Positions 31,850 through 41,382 of a stretch of DNA of 64,000 bases are shown piece after piece. The position numbers and the translations under genes are program-made. The notes below the pieces were generated by a model. It searched no databases. It was given only the letters and a program-made list of their open reading frames with translations, and was not told the origin of the DNA. The stretch is taken from contig CAVZLN010000003.1 in NCBI GenBank assembly GCA_963776245.1, positions 160,001-224,000 of the forward strand. Reading direction: 5' to 3'. Position 1 is the first letter of the stretch; every line of letters begins with the position of its first letter. The DNA comes from Candidatus Eiseniibacteriota bacterium (GTDB taxonomy: Bacteria > Eisenbacteria > RBG-16-71-46).

Positions 31850-32484
31850 CTCGCGGGGCCGGCGGCGGTCAGCCGCGGCTCCAGCGCCTCCCACGCCCGC
31901 GCCTCGATCACCTCGGGCGTCTCGCGCGCGTCGAGCGTCAGCCAGCGCGCCGGCGCCGCGGCGGCGAGCGCGTGGTAGGCGTGGTGCACGCGGGTGTGGA
32001 ACGCGAGGTCCTCGCGGTCGAGGCGGTTGGTCTCGCCGGCGGCGCCGGCGCGGCGCGACAGGCCCAGCTCGGGCGGCAGGTCGAACAGCAGCGTGAGGTC
32101 GGGCACCAGGCCGCCGGTGGCGACGCGGTTCCACTCCGCGAGCATCGCGCCATCGAGCCCGCGGCCGCCGCCCTGATAGGCGAGCGTGGAGTCGGCGTAG
32201 CGGTCGCACAGCACCACGCGCCCGGCCGCGAGCGCGGGGCGGATGAGCGTGGCGACCAGATCGGCGCGCGCCGCCTCCATGAGCAGCGCCTCGGCGAGCG
32301 CGCCGGGGGCGAACGCCTCCGCCAGCAGCAGCGCGCGCACCCCCTCGGCGAGCGGCGTGCCGCCCGGCTCGCGGGTCACCAGCGGATCGAGGCCGCGCGC
32401 GCGCAGGCGGGCCTCGAGGCGGCGGAGCACGGTGGTCTTGCCCGAGCCCTCGCCGCCCTCGAAGGTGACGAAGAGCCCGGGCAT
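31846..32484 (-). CDS. tmk: Thymidylate kinase
   Basis: FVTFEGGEGSGKTT, TREPGGT, VLCDRYADSTLAYQG, PDLTLLFDL. Confidence 0.96.
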   Translation of the reverse strand: MPGLFVTFEGGEGSGKTTVLRRLEARLRARGLDPLVTREPGGTPLAEGVRALLLAEAFAPGALAEALLMEAARADLVATLIRPALAAGRVVLCDRYADSTLAYQGGGRGLDGAMLAEWNRVATGGLVPDLTLLFDLPPELGLSRRAGAAGETNRLDREDLAFHTRVHHAYHALAAAAPARWLTLDARETPEVIEARAWEALEPRLTAAGPAR

Positions 32485-32510
32485 CGGCGTGTCCACGGCA
32501 GACCGCGCGC

Positions 32511-33755
32511 TCAGCGCGCGCGGCCCGCCTTCGCCTTCGCGCGCGGCGCCCGGGCGGTGGTCGCGGGCGACCGGCGGGCCGGCCGGGCGCGCTTCGCGGC
32601 GACCCGGGTGGTGCCCGTGATGGACACCGGCGCGGCCTCGCGCTTCACGGTCGGCGCGTGGGCCCGCAGCGCCCGCTCGACGCCCTTCGGGTCCTTGATG
32701 AAGGCCTCGGTCATGGTGCGCGCGTCGTCGTCCGGGATCTGGACCGGGGGCGACTTCTTGAAGTACGAGGAGGGCGCCATGAGCGCGCCCTTGAGCCCGT
32801 GGTCGAGGCCGATCTTGGCGCAGCGCACCGCGTCGATCACCACGCCCGCCGAATTGGGCGAGTCCCACACCTCGAGCTTGAGCTCGAGGTTGAGCGGCAC
32901 GTCGCCGAAGGTCGTGCCCTCCATCCGGATGTGGCACCACTTGCGGTCCTTGAGCCACGGGATGTAGTCGCTCGGGCCGACGTGGATGTCGTCCTCGGCC
33001 AGCTCGTACGGGAGGATGCTGGTGACCGCGCGGGTCTTGGAGATCTTCTTCGACTCGAGGCGCTCGCGCTCGAGCATGTTGAGGAAGTCGGTGTTGCCGC
33101 CGAAGTTGATCTGGTAGGTGCGGTCGATGCGGACCGCGCGATCCACGAACAGCCGCGCCAGCACGCGGTGCGTGATGGTGGCGCCGACCTGGGACTTGAT
33201 GTCGTCGCCGATCACGGGCAGGCCGCGCTTCTCGAACCGCTGCTGCCAGTACGCCTCGCGGGCGATGAACACCGGGATGCAGTTCACGAACGCGCAGCCG
33301 GCCTCGAGCACCTGTTCGACGTACCACTTGGTGGCCTCTTCCGAGCCCACCGGCAGGTAGTTCACCACCACGTCGGTCTGCGTGTCCTTGAGCAGCTTCA
33401 CGATGTCCACCGTGGAGCCCGGCGCCTTCTGGATGATCTTCGACAGGTACTTGCCGAGGCCGTCGTGCGTCATGCCGCGCTGCACGGTGACGCCCATCTT
33501 CGGCACCTTCGAGAACACGAAGGTGTTGTTCGGCCACTCGACGATGGCCTGGGAGACGTCCTTGCCCACCTTGTTCTTGTCGATGTCGATGGCCGCCACG
33601 ATCTCGACGTCCCGGATGTGATAGCCCCCGAGGTTCACGTGCATGAGCCCCGGGATCCGATCGTGTTCCTTCGCGTTGCGGTAGTAGTGGAGCCCCTGCA
33701 CGAACGAGGACGCGCAGTTGCCCACGCCGATGATCGCGACTCGTACCTTGCCCAT
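32511..33755 (-). CDS. ino1: myo-inositol-1-phosphate synthase
   Basis: [78 protein letters not shown]. Basic C-terminal tail. Confidence 0.96.
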   Translation of the reverse strand: MGKVRVAIIGVGNCASSFVQGLHYYRNAKEHDRIPGLMHVNLGGYHIRDVEIVAAIDIDKNKVGKDVSQAIVEWPNNTFVFSKVPKMGVTVQRGMTHDGLGKYLSKIIQKAPGSTVDIVKLLKDTQTDVVVNYLPVGSEEATKWYVEQVLEAGCAFVNCIPVFIAREAYWQQRFEKRGLPVIGDDIKSQVGATITHRVLARLFVDRAVRIDRTYQINFGGNTDFLNMLERERLESKKISKTRAVTSILPYELAEDDIHVGPSDYIPWLKDRKWCHIRMEGTTFGDVPLNLELKLEVWDSPNSAGVVIDAVRCAKIGLDHGLKGALMAPSSYFKKSPPVQIPDDDARTMTEAFIKDPKGVERALRAHAPTVKREAAPVSITGTTRVAAKRARPARRSPATTARAPRAKAKAGRAR

Positions 33756-33769
33756 CGAGACCGAACCTC

Positions 33770-34501
33770 CTATCCGTCCTGACCCGCTCCGCGGGTGATC
33801 TTCCAAACGTGGGCGACGCGCTGCGCCGCCGTGACGAACGAGAGCACCGCCAGCAGCAGCAGCGCGCCGGACATCGCCCAGAATGTCTTGATCAGGCCCG
33901 CGACGATCAGCAGCACGAGCCGCTCGGGGCGCTCGAACCAGCCCACCTTGCACTCGAGTCCGAGGCCCTCCGCCCGCGCCCGCGTGTACGACACCAGGAA
34001 CGACCCGGTGAGCGCGAGCATCGCGATCACGGTGACCATGACCCACACCTCGCCGGGCCGGTCGGCGGCCAGCTCGTAGGCCCACAGCTTCGGGTCGTTG
34101 ACGAGCGCGCAGAGATTGCTGACGTAGCGTCCCGCGATGCCGATCAGCACCAGCGCCTCGGCCAGGCGATCGAGCGTGGAATCGAGGAACGCGCCGAACC
34201 GCGTCTCGCCGCCCGACTGCCGCGCCACCTGTCCGTCGAGGATGTCGCACACCCCGGCCAGCGCCAGCAGCAGCGCGCCGAGCCGGAACTGCCCGGAGAA
34301 GAACGCCCCGCCCGCGGCGGCGCTGAGCAGCAGCCCGAGCACGGTCAGGTGGTCGGCGCGCAGCCCGATCCGCACCAGCGCGCGCACGAACGGATCGAGC
34401 AGCGCGTGCGCCCCCGAGCGCAGGCCGTCCTTGAGCCCGCGCAGCGCGCCCGCGCGCGGCAGCGGCGCGGAGCTCCCGGGCCGGCCGGGATCCCCGGTCA
34501 C
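33770..34501 (-). CDS. CDP-alcohol phosphatidyltransferase, probable phosphatidylinositol-phosphate synthase
   Basis: [17 protein letters not shown]...[39 protein letters not shown] (PIP-synthase-like). Directly upstream of ino1. GTG 34501 overlaps the rsmI stop. Confidence 0.85.
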   Translation of the reverse strand: MTGDPGRPGSSAPLPRAGALRGLKDGLRSGAHALLDPFVRALVRIGLRADHLTVLGLLLSAAAGGAFFSGQFRLGALLLALAGVCDILDGQVARQSGGETRFGAFLDSTLDRLAEALVLIGIAGRYVSNLCALVNDPKLWAYELAADRPGEVWVMVTVIAMLALTGSFLVSYTRARAEGLGLECKVGWFERPERLVLLIVAGLIKTFWAMSGALLLLAVLSFVTAAQRVAHVWKITRGAGQDG

Positions 34502-35208
34502 GCCCCCGCCCCTTCCTTGCGCGTCCTGCCCCCCAGCACCAGCACCATCTCGCCTCGCCTCTGGTCGGGCCGCAGCGCCGCGCGCACCTCGCGCGCGGTC
34601 CCGCGCAGCACCTGCTCGTGCACCTTGGTCAGTTCGCGCGCCAGCGCGACGGGGCGCTCGCCCCACACCATCTCGAGATCCTCGAGGCACGCCTCGATGC
34701 GATGCGGCGACTCGAACGCCACCAGCGTCTCGCGCCGCTCGCTCCACTCCTCGAGCCGGCGACGGCGCGCCGCGCCCTTCACCGGCAGGAAGCCCATGAA
34801 CGTGAACGCATCGGTCGGGAGCCCGCTCACCTGGAGCGCCGCGATCACCGCGCACGGTCCCGGCACGCTCTCGACCCGGAGGCCCTCCGCGACCGCGGCC
34901 CGCACCAGCGTGTACCCCGGGTCGCTCACCCCCGGGGAGCCCGCATCGGTCACCAGCGCCACCGCATCGCCCTCGTGGAGCCGCTTCAGCAGCCCCGGGA
35001 TGCGGGCGCGCTCGTTGTGCTCGAACACGCTCGTCACCGGGACCATGATCCCGAAGTGGACGAGCAGACGGCGGGTGTGCCGGGTGTCCTCGGCGGCCAC
35101 CAGCGACACCTCGCCGAGCACGCGCAGCGCGCGCCGCGTGATGTCCTCGAGGTTGCCGATGGGGGTCGCCACCAGGAACAGAGTCCCCGGCGGCCGTGCG
35201 TCGGTCAC
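34498..35208 (-). CDS. rsmI: 16S rRNA C1402 2'-O-methyltransferase
   Basis: [49 protein letters not shown]. Confidence 0.95.
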   Translation of the reverse strand: MTDARPPGTLFLVATPIGNLEDITRRALRVLGEVSLVAAEDTRHTRRLLVHFGIMVPVTSVFEHNERARIPGLLKRLHEGDAVALVTDAGSPGVSDPGYTLVRAAVAEGLRVESVPGPCAVIAALQVSGLPTDAFTFMGFLPVKGAARRRRLEEWSERRETLVAFESPHRIEACLEDLEMVWGERPVALARELTKVHEQVLRGTAREVRAALRPDQRRGEMVLVLGGRTRKEGAGA

Positions 35209-35344
35209 AGGTGTCCTTCGGAGCCCGCGGGCGAACCCGCTTCCGTGTCACAAACCGGCGCAACGTAGCACGGGGGTTGCCGAGCGTCCACCGGAACGCG
35301 TCCGGGCCCCGCGCCGCGCGCGAACCGACGCATCCGCACGCGGT

Positions 35345-36412
35345 TCAGCGGGCCGCCGGCACACGCTCCACGATCGCCTCGCGGAACGCGCCGACCGCTC
35401 GCTCGATCCCCGCGTCATCCACGTCGAGGTGGACGATGGCGCGCAACCGCCGCGCCCCGAACGGCACCATGCGCACGCCGCGCCCGGCCAGCGCGGCGAG
35501 CACCGCGGCCGGGTCGAGCGCCGGATGCTCGAGGGTGGCGATCACGATGTTGGTGTCGGGCTCCTCCACCTTCACCCCGGGCGCCGCCCGGAATCCGGCC
35601 GCCAGCCGCCGGGCCCGCGCGTGGTCCTCCGCGAGCCGCTCGACGTGGTGGTCGAGCGCGTGCAGGCACGCGGCGGCGAGGATGCCCACCTGGCGCATGC
35701 CGCCGCCCCAGCGCTTGCGGGCGCGGCGCGCGGCGCGGACGATCTCCGCCGGGCCGGCCAGGATGGAACCCACCGGGGCCCCGAGCCCTTTCGAGAAGCA
35801 CATCATCACGGTGTCCGCGCAAGCCGCCCACTCGCGGATCGGCACGCCGGTCGCCACGCTCGCGTTCCACAGCCGCGCGCCGTCGAGGTGCACGCGCAGG
35901 CCGCGCGCGCGCGCCGCGGCGGCGAGCGCGCCCAGCGTGGCGAGCGGCACGATCGCGCCGCCGTGGCGGTTGTGCGTGTTCTCGAGGCACAGCAGCGAGA
36001 GGCGCGCGACGTGGTCGTCGGCCGCCGCGTCGCGCCACGCCGACTCGATCGCCGCGGGCTCGAAGGCGCCGCGCGCGCCCTTCACCACGTGGGCGAGGCA
36101 GCCCGAGCTCGCCGCGATGCCGCCCTGCTCGTAGAGGAAGATGTGCGATTCGGCCTCGAGCATCACCTCGTCGCCGGGCCGCGTGAGCGCATGCACCGCG
36201 AGCTGGTTCCCCATGGTGCCGCTCGGCACGTAGAGCGCGGCCTCCTTGCCGGCCAGCTCCGCGACGCGGCGCTCGAGCGCCTGCACGGTCGGGTCGTCGC
36301 CGAACACGTCGTCGCCGACTTCGGCCTCGGCCATGGCGCGGCGCATGGCCGCGGTGGGACGGGTGACGGTGTCGCTGCGCAGGTCGATGGCGGGCGGCGC
36401 GGCTGGGGGCAT
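35345..36412 (-). CDS. ltaE: Low-specificity L-threonine aldolase
   Basis: [50 protein letters not shown] Lys in [19 protein letters not shown]. Confidence 0.93.
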   Translation of the reverse strand: MPPAAPPAIDLRSDTVTRPTAAMRRAMAEAEVGDDVFGDDPTVQALERRVAELAGKEAALYVPSGTMGNQLAVHALTRPGDEVMLEAESHIFLYEQGGIAASSGCLAHVVKGARGAFEPAAIESAWRDAAADDHVARLSLLCLENTHNRHGGAIVPLATLGALAAAARARGLRVHLDGARLWNASVATGVPIREWAACADTVMMCFSKGLGAPVGSILAGPAEIVRAARRARKRWGGGMRQVGILAAACLHALDHHVERLAEDHARARRLAAGFRAAPGVKVEEPDTNIVIATLEHPALDPAAVLAALAGRGVRMVPFGARRLRAIVHLDVDDAGIERAVGAFREAIVERVPAAR

Positions 36413-36705
36413 GGCGTGGACTCCGGGCGAGGGCGTGGAACCGGCGGGAACGTGGCCGGCAGGATACGACAGCGGGCGTCCGATCTTGCATCGACCGGGC
36501 GCCGCCTGCACCGCCACTTGACACCCGCTGGCCGGCGATGCCTTCTCATGGGAGGTGAGTCCCCCCGCCACCGGGCGGGGCGGGCTCGTGTCCGATTCCG
36601 GGGAACTGCGGGGGGTCGCCCCGCATCCCGACGAGCGGTGCGCCGACCAGCCGGCGTGCCGCCCCGAGGGCCGGGCGGACCAGACCCCCGAAGGAGTGAT
36701 GACCC

Positions 36706-37407
36706 GTGCCTTTCCTCGGTTTCGGCTTCGATCCCACCTTCTTCATGCTGATCCCGGCGATGATCTTCGCCATGTGGGCGCAATGGAAGGTCCAGAGCAC
36801 CTACCGGAAGTACAGCGAGGTGCGCGCCGCGAACGGGATGACCGGACGTCAGATGGCCGCCTCCATCATGACGCGCAATGGCGTCAGCGACGTGACCATC
36901 GAGGCGGTGGGCGGGACGCTGAGCGACCACTACGACCCGCGGGCGAAGGCGGTGCGGCTGTCCGAGCCGATCTACTCGGGCGACTCGATCTCGGCGATCG
37001 CGGTCTCGGCGCACGAGGTCGGTCACGTGCTCCAGCACGCGCAGGGCTATGCGCCGCTGGCGATGCGCTCCGCGCTCGCGCCGGTGGCGAGCTTCGGCAG
37101 CATGCTGGCCACGCCGCTGTTCTTCATCGGATTCCTGTTCGGCGGGCACTCGTTCGGCTGGCTGATGGACCTCGGCATCCTGTTCTTCACCGGCGCGGTG
37201 GTGTTCACGTTGATCACGCTGCCGGTGGAGTTCGACGCCTCACGGCGCGCGCTGGCGCAGCTGACCTCGAGCGGCTCCATCGCGCCCGACGAGGTGAACG
37301 GCGCGCGCAAGGTGCTGGACGCGGCGGCGCTGACCTACGTGGCGGCCGCGGGGATGGCGGCGCTCCAGCTGGTGCGATTGCTGGTGCTGCGCAACAGTCG
37401 CGACTAG
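36706..37407 (+). CDS. Membrane zinc metallopeptidase (YugP-like, Zn_peptidase_2)
   Basis: LSDHYDP, AHEVGH Zn motif, [18 protein letters not shown]. Confidence 0.9.
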   Translation: MPFLGFGFDPTFFMLIPAMIFAMWAQWKVQSTYRKYSEVRAANGMTGRQMAASIMTRNGVSDVTIEAVGGTLSDHYDPRAKAVRLSEPIYSGDSISAIAVSAHEVGHVLQHAQGYAPLAMRSALAPVASFGSMLATPLFFIGFLFGGHSFGWLMDLGILFFTGAVVFTLITLPVEFDASRRALAQLTSSGSIAPDEVNGARKVLDAAALTYVAAAGMAALQLVRLLVLRNSRD

Positions 37408-37453
37408 CGAGGCGGGATGTTGCGGCCGCGCGGGGGGCGCGGGCCGGACGGGC

Positions 37454-37732
37454 TCAGGCCTGCGCGACCTGGTCCTTGAGTTCCTTGGACACCTTGAACA
37501 CCGGCACCTTGCGCGCGGCCACCGGCACCGCTTCCCCGGTGCGCGGGTTGCGCGCGATGCGGGGCTTGCGGTCCTTCACCCGGAAGGTGCCGAAGCCGCG
37601 GATCTCGATGTGGTGACCGTTCGCGAGCGCTTTGGCGACCGCGTTGAGGAACGAATCCACGGTCTCCGCGACATCCTTCTTGGTGAGTCCCGTGCGCTCG
37701 GCGATCTGGTCCACGATATCGGCTTTGGTCAT
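37454..37732 (-). CDS. hup: HU/IHF family DNA-binding protein
   Basis: MTKADIVDQIA, IEIRGFGTF, ARNPRTGE, PVFKVSKELK. Confidence 0.93.
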   Translation of the reverse strand: MTKADIVDQIAERTGLTKKDVAETVDSFLNAVAKALANGHHIEIRGFGTFRVKDRKPRIARNPRTGEAVPVAARKVPVFKVSKELKDQVAQA

Positions 37733-37799
37733 TCCACCCTCCTCGAGCCGGCGGCCAAGGGGGTCTACCCTGGCTCGATATCCCGGCGAAGTCAGCGGC

Positions 37800-37829
37800 A
37801 GGCTAGCAAGCCTATCGAAGGCCTGTCAA
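37800..37829 (-). promoter_or_regulatory. Putative sigma70 promoter of the HU gene
   Basis: Minus strand TTGACA-N18-TAGCCT with a TG extension, 67 nt upstream of ATG 37732. Confidence 0.7.
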
Positions 37830-37860
37830 TGCATTCTTGGACAAGGCCTTGGGGCATTCG

Positions 37861-38820
37861 TCAGCCGCCGGCGCTCCGGTCCACGTCCTCCCCGAGCGCG
37901 CGCCGGCGCGCGCGTTCGATGGGGTGGCGCCCGGCGCGCTCGAGCGCGGCGCGCAGTCGGGGCCGGCCGGCGGCGTCCTCGGCCTGCCACTCGCGCGCGA
38001 AGTCGCCGCTCCGGATCTCGCGCAGGATCTCCTGCATCGCGGAACGGGACTCCGCGCCGATGACGCGCGGCCCGCGCGTCACGTCCCCGTAGAGCGCGGT
38101 GCCGCTGATGCCGCGTCGCATCCCGCCGACGCCGCCGGCGTGGAGCGACTCGGCGAGGTAGCGCAACTGATGCACGCACTCGAGGTAGGCGACCTCGGGC
38201 GAGTACCCCGCCGCGACCAGGGTCTCGAAGGCGGCCGTGACCAGCGCATTCATGCCCCCGCACAGCACGGCCTGCTCGCCGAACAGGTCCACCTCGGTCT
38301 CCTCGCGCACCGTGGTGCGCCAGGTGGGGGCGCACCCGATGCCGGCCGCCCACTCCTCGGCCAGCGCCCACGCCGCGCCGCTCGCGTCGCGATGCACCGC
38401 GAGGTAGGCGGGCAGCCGGTCGTCGCGCAGGCGCGCCGCGCGCAGCACGTGCCCGGGCGCGGTGGGCGCGACCAGGACCACGTCGGCGCCGGCCGGCGGC
38501 TCGAGCGCCGAGTAGAGCAGGTTGAACCCGTGCGCGAACACGAACGCGCACGACGGGCGCGCCGCCGCCGCGAGAGCCGGCCAGGCGCCGGGCACGGCCT
38601 CGTCGGGCAGCAGCACGGCGAGCACGTCCGCGCGCCGCGCCGCCTCGTCGAGCGTGAGCGTCTCGAAGCCGTGCGCGCGCGCGCGCGCCTCGGCCCCCCG
38701 CCCCGCGCGCGCGCCGACGATCACGCGATGCCCCGCGTCCCGCAGGTTGAGCGCCTGGGCCTCGCCCTGATGGCCGAAGCCCGCCACCGCGATGGTCGCG
38801 CGCTCGAGCGTGCTGGTCAT
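37861..38820 (-). CDS. ilvC: Ketol-acid reductoisomerase (short class I)
   Basis: GFGHQGEAQALNLRD, LLPDE, FAHGF, ETEVDLFGEQAVLCGG, AYLECVHQ, ISGTALYG. Confidence 0.92.
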   Translation of the reverse strand: MTSTLERATIAVAGFGHQGEAQALNLRDAGHRVIVGARAGRGAEARARAHGFETLTLDEAARRADVLAVLLPDEAVPGAWPALAAAARPSCAFVFAHGFNLLYSALEPPAGADVVLVAPTAPGHVLRAARLRDDRLPAYLAVHRDASGAAWALAEEWAAGIGCAPTWRTTVREETEVDLFGEQAVLCGGMNALVTAAFETLVAAGYSPEVAYLECVHQLRYLAESLHAGGVGGMRRGISGTALYGDVTRGPRVIGAESRSAMQEILREIRSGDFAREWQAEDAAGRPRLRAALERAGRHPIERARRRALGEDVDRSAGG

Positions 38821-38907
38821 GCTCCGGTCCTCCGTCTCCCGGAAGTCGGACGCCGCGCGCCCCGGTCCAGCGGGTCGCGCGGCGTCCGGTGCTTCCGGCT
38901 CCCGCGG

Positions 38908-40356
38908 CTACTTCCTGGGGGCGCCCGAGGCCGTGGCCGGGGCGGCCCAGTCGGACTTCATCACCAGGTTGCCGGCCTTGAAGTGGAACGCCAGCCCCTT
39001 GGTCCAGTACACCCAGGTCAGATACGTGTCCGGATCGGAGCGCCATTCGAGGATCTGATCCGGCTTCCCGGCCGCCTTCAGCGTGTTGACCTCGGCGGGC
39101 GCGGTGGCCGCGGCGGCGGCGGCCGCCGCGTCGGCGACCGGCTTGCCGCTGCGCAGCGCCAGGAACACCATCGCCTCCTCCTGGCTCTTGGCCTTGTTGC
39201 CCCCGCGGTCGTACGCCATCCCCAGACGCTGATGGAGCTCGGGCTTCTTGGGGTCCTTCAGGATCGCCTTGTGGATGAGCGCCACCGCCTCGTCGAACTT
39301 GCCCTGCTCGATCAGGCAGGTCCCCAGCGCGCGGACCACGTCGGCGTCGTCCGGGTTGAGGGCGAGCGCGCGGCGGAACTGCGCCTCGGCCTTCACCGCT
39401 TCGCCGCCGTTCTGGAGCGCCACGCCCGCGTTGTACGCGAGGTCGAACTCGGCCGGGCGCACGGCGCCGGCCCGCGCCCACGCCTCCCCGGCGGACCGGA
39501 ACAGCCGCTTCTTGGTGGTGTCCGCGGCCGCGCCCGCCATCTCGAAGTACGCGTTCCCGAGGCCCAGCAGCAGATCGGCGTTCGTGGGTTCGGCCACCAG
39601 CAGCTCGGTGTAGAACGCCACCGCCTCGTCGTACCGCTTCTCGTTGGTGAGCTTGAGCGCCTTGTTCTTGCGCAGGTTCAGCATCGAGCCGGTGAGCAGG
39701 GTGTCGCCGGGAGCGACCTCGAGGCCGCTCTTGAACGTGGCCTCGGCGGCGTCGAAGTCGCCGAGGAACTGGTGCGCCTGGCCCATGCTCAGGTAGGCCA
39801 CCGGGTCCTCGGGCTTGAGCAGCCGCGCCTTGACGAAGCTCTCGATCGCCGAGGCGTACTTGGCGCGCGCGTCGTTGAACATCCGGACCTCGGCGTCGCT
39901 GCTGTCCTTCGGCTTGAGCCCCATCTCGGGGTAGAGCTCCTGGGCGGCCTTCATCTTGTTGATGCCGTCGTTGTAGTAGCGCACCCAGTAGCCCTGGCGA
40001 TTGTCCTTCCACTGCTGGAGCTTCTTGTCGCCCTTGGCGGCGAGGCCGTCGAGCGCCTTCTTGAACGCCCGCCCCGCCGGTCCGGCGCTGTCGAGCTCGC
40101 AGTAGGCCCAGCCGAGGTAGCCCATCGCCTCGAAGTCGGCCGGGTCGCCCTCGGCGCACATCTCGAGCTGCTGGACCGCCTTCACCATCTGGTTGTGGTA
40201 GTCCTCGGTGTTGCCCTTGTCCTTGTCGCGCATGCCGCCCACGACATACTGGATGCCGCCGGCGCAGTGCTCGTTGCGAGCCTGGACGGCATCGCCGAGC
40301 GCCAGCGCCGTCAGCGCAGCCACCGCCGCACCGATCGCGAACGGACGAAGCTTCAC
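38908..40356 (-). CDS. Secreted tetratricopeptide-repeat protein
   Basis: GTG 40356 with a GAGGAGG RBS. Signal peptide. Multiple TPRs (AYLSMGQAHQFLGDFDAAEATFKSGLEVAP, LAYNAGVAL...AEAQFRRALALNPDD). Confidence 0.85.
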   Translation of the reverse strand: MKLRPFAIGAAVAALTALALGDAVQARNEHCAGGIQYVVGGMRDKDKGNTEDYHNQMVKAVQQLEMCAEGDPADFEAMGYLGWAYCELDSAGPAGRAFKKALDGLAAKGDKKLQQWKDNRQGYWVRYYNDGINKMKAAQELYPEMGLKPKDSSDAEVRMFNDARAKYASAIESFVKARLLKPEDPVAYLSMGQAHQFLGDFDAAEATFKSGLEVAPGDTLLTGSMLNLRKNKALKLTNEKRYDEAVAFYTELLVAEPTNADLLLGLGNAYFEMAGAAADTTKKRLFRSAGEAWARAGAVRPAEFDLAYNAGVALQNGGEAVKAEAQFRRALALNPDDADVVRALGTCLIEQGKFDEAVALIHKAILKDPKKPELHQRLGMAYDRGGNKAKSQEEAMVFLALRSGKPVADAAAAAAAATAPAEVNTLKAAGKPDQILEWRSDPDTYLTWVYWTKGLAFHFKAGNLVMKSDWAAPATASGAPRK

Positions 40357-40370
40357 GGTTTCCTCCTCGT

Positions 40371-41099
40371 TTACATGAGGCGGGTGCCGTTCACGGTCAG
40401 GCCGAACGTGGCCCCCAGGAACGACGCCGCCTTGCGCGACGCGAGCAGCCGCGTCATGAAGATCTCGAAGTACTCCATCACCTGCGAGATGCCGGTGTCC
40501 ACGGCGAGCTCCAGGGTGATCTGCTTGCCGGCTTCGTCCACGTTCAGGAACGACTTCTGCACCGCGTAGTTCACGCGATCGTGGATGTCGAACCGGATCA
40601 TGTCCGGATTGCGCACCCGGCTCCGATGCACATCGCTCTTGTCCGCCAGGATGAGGGCCGCGCACACCGCGTGCACCGGATCGCCGTCGGACTCGTGGTG
40701 ATTGCCGATGGCCGAGATCACGGTGATGATCTCCTCGTCGGGCATCTGCATGTCGCTCAGGATCTGCATCGCCATGACCGCCCCGCTCTGGGCGTGGTGG
40801 TCGCGGTTCACCACGTTGCCGATGTCGTGCAGGTAGCCCGCGATGCGCGCCAGCTCCACGTCGCGCTCGGGGTAGCCCAACCGCTTGAGGATGTTCCCGG
40901 CGATGTTCGCGACCAGTCCCACGTGCCGTTCGCCGTGTTCGGTATAGCCGATCTTCTCGAGCGACTCGTCCGCCTTGCGGATGTGCAGCTTCACCCGGGG
41001 ATGGTCCTTGACCATCTCGAAGGTGACGCGGGCGCCCGGGGCGCCGGCAGGCGCCGCGGCATCCGGGTGGACGTGGTTGGGCGAGTGGTGTCGGGTCAT
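40371..41099 (-). CDS. HD-domain phosphohydrolase
   Basis: GYTEHGERH, LHDIGN, GNHHE, LILADKSD. Confidence 0.88.
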   Translation of the reverse strand: MTRHHSPNHVHPDAAAPAGAPGARVTFEMVKDHPRVKLHIRKADESLEKIGYTEHGERHVGLVANIAGNILKRLGYPERDVELARIAGYLHDIGNVVNRDHHAQSGAVMAMQILSDMQMPDEEIITVISAIGNHHESDGDPVHAVCAALILADKSDVHRSRVRNPDMIRFDIHDRVNYAVQKSFLNVDEAGKQITLELAVDTGISQVMEYFEIFMTRLLASRKAASFLGATFGLTVNGTRLM

Positions 41100-41168
41100 G
41101 TCATCGACCTTCTGGTGCGGGAAGGATGCCAGCGTCCGGGCGCGCGCCGCGGTTCAACGGGCGCGGCG

Positions 41169-41198
41169 ACTGTAGGACTGCAAGTCTCGATGCGTCAA
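41169..41198 (-). promoter_or_regulatory. Putative sigma70 promoter for the HD-TPR-ilvC genes
   Basis: Minus strand TTGACG-N18-TACAGT, 69 nt upstream of ATG 41099. Confidence 0.6.
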
Positions 41199-41382
41199 GG
41201 GGCTGCCCGCGCGCCGCCGCGCCGGCCGCGCGCCCGGGGCGGCGTGCGGCGGCCGCCGCCGCAAGGATGTGTGGCGGCGCCGGACCGGGTGTGGCGGGGC
41301 GGGGACACGGCGGCCGGGGGGCGCGCGCCGCGGCGGGGCCCCGCGGCTTCCCGCATCGCGCGCCATGGACGCGCGCCCCGGG

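Noticed and set aside
36518..36546. TTGACA upstream of the zinc metallopeptidase gene
   Set aside because: There is no convincing -10 hexamer at 16-18 nt spacing.
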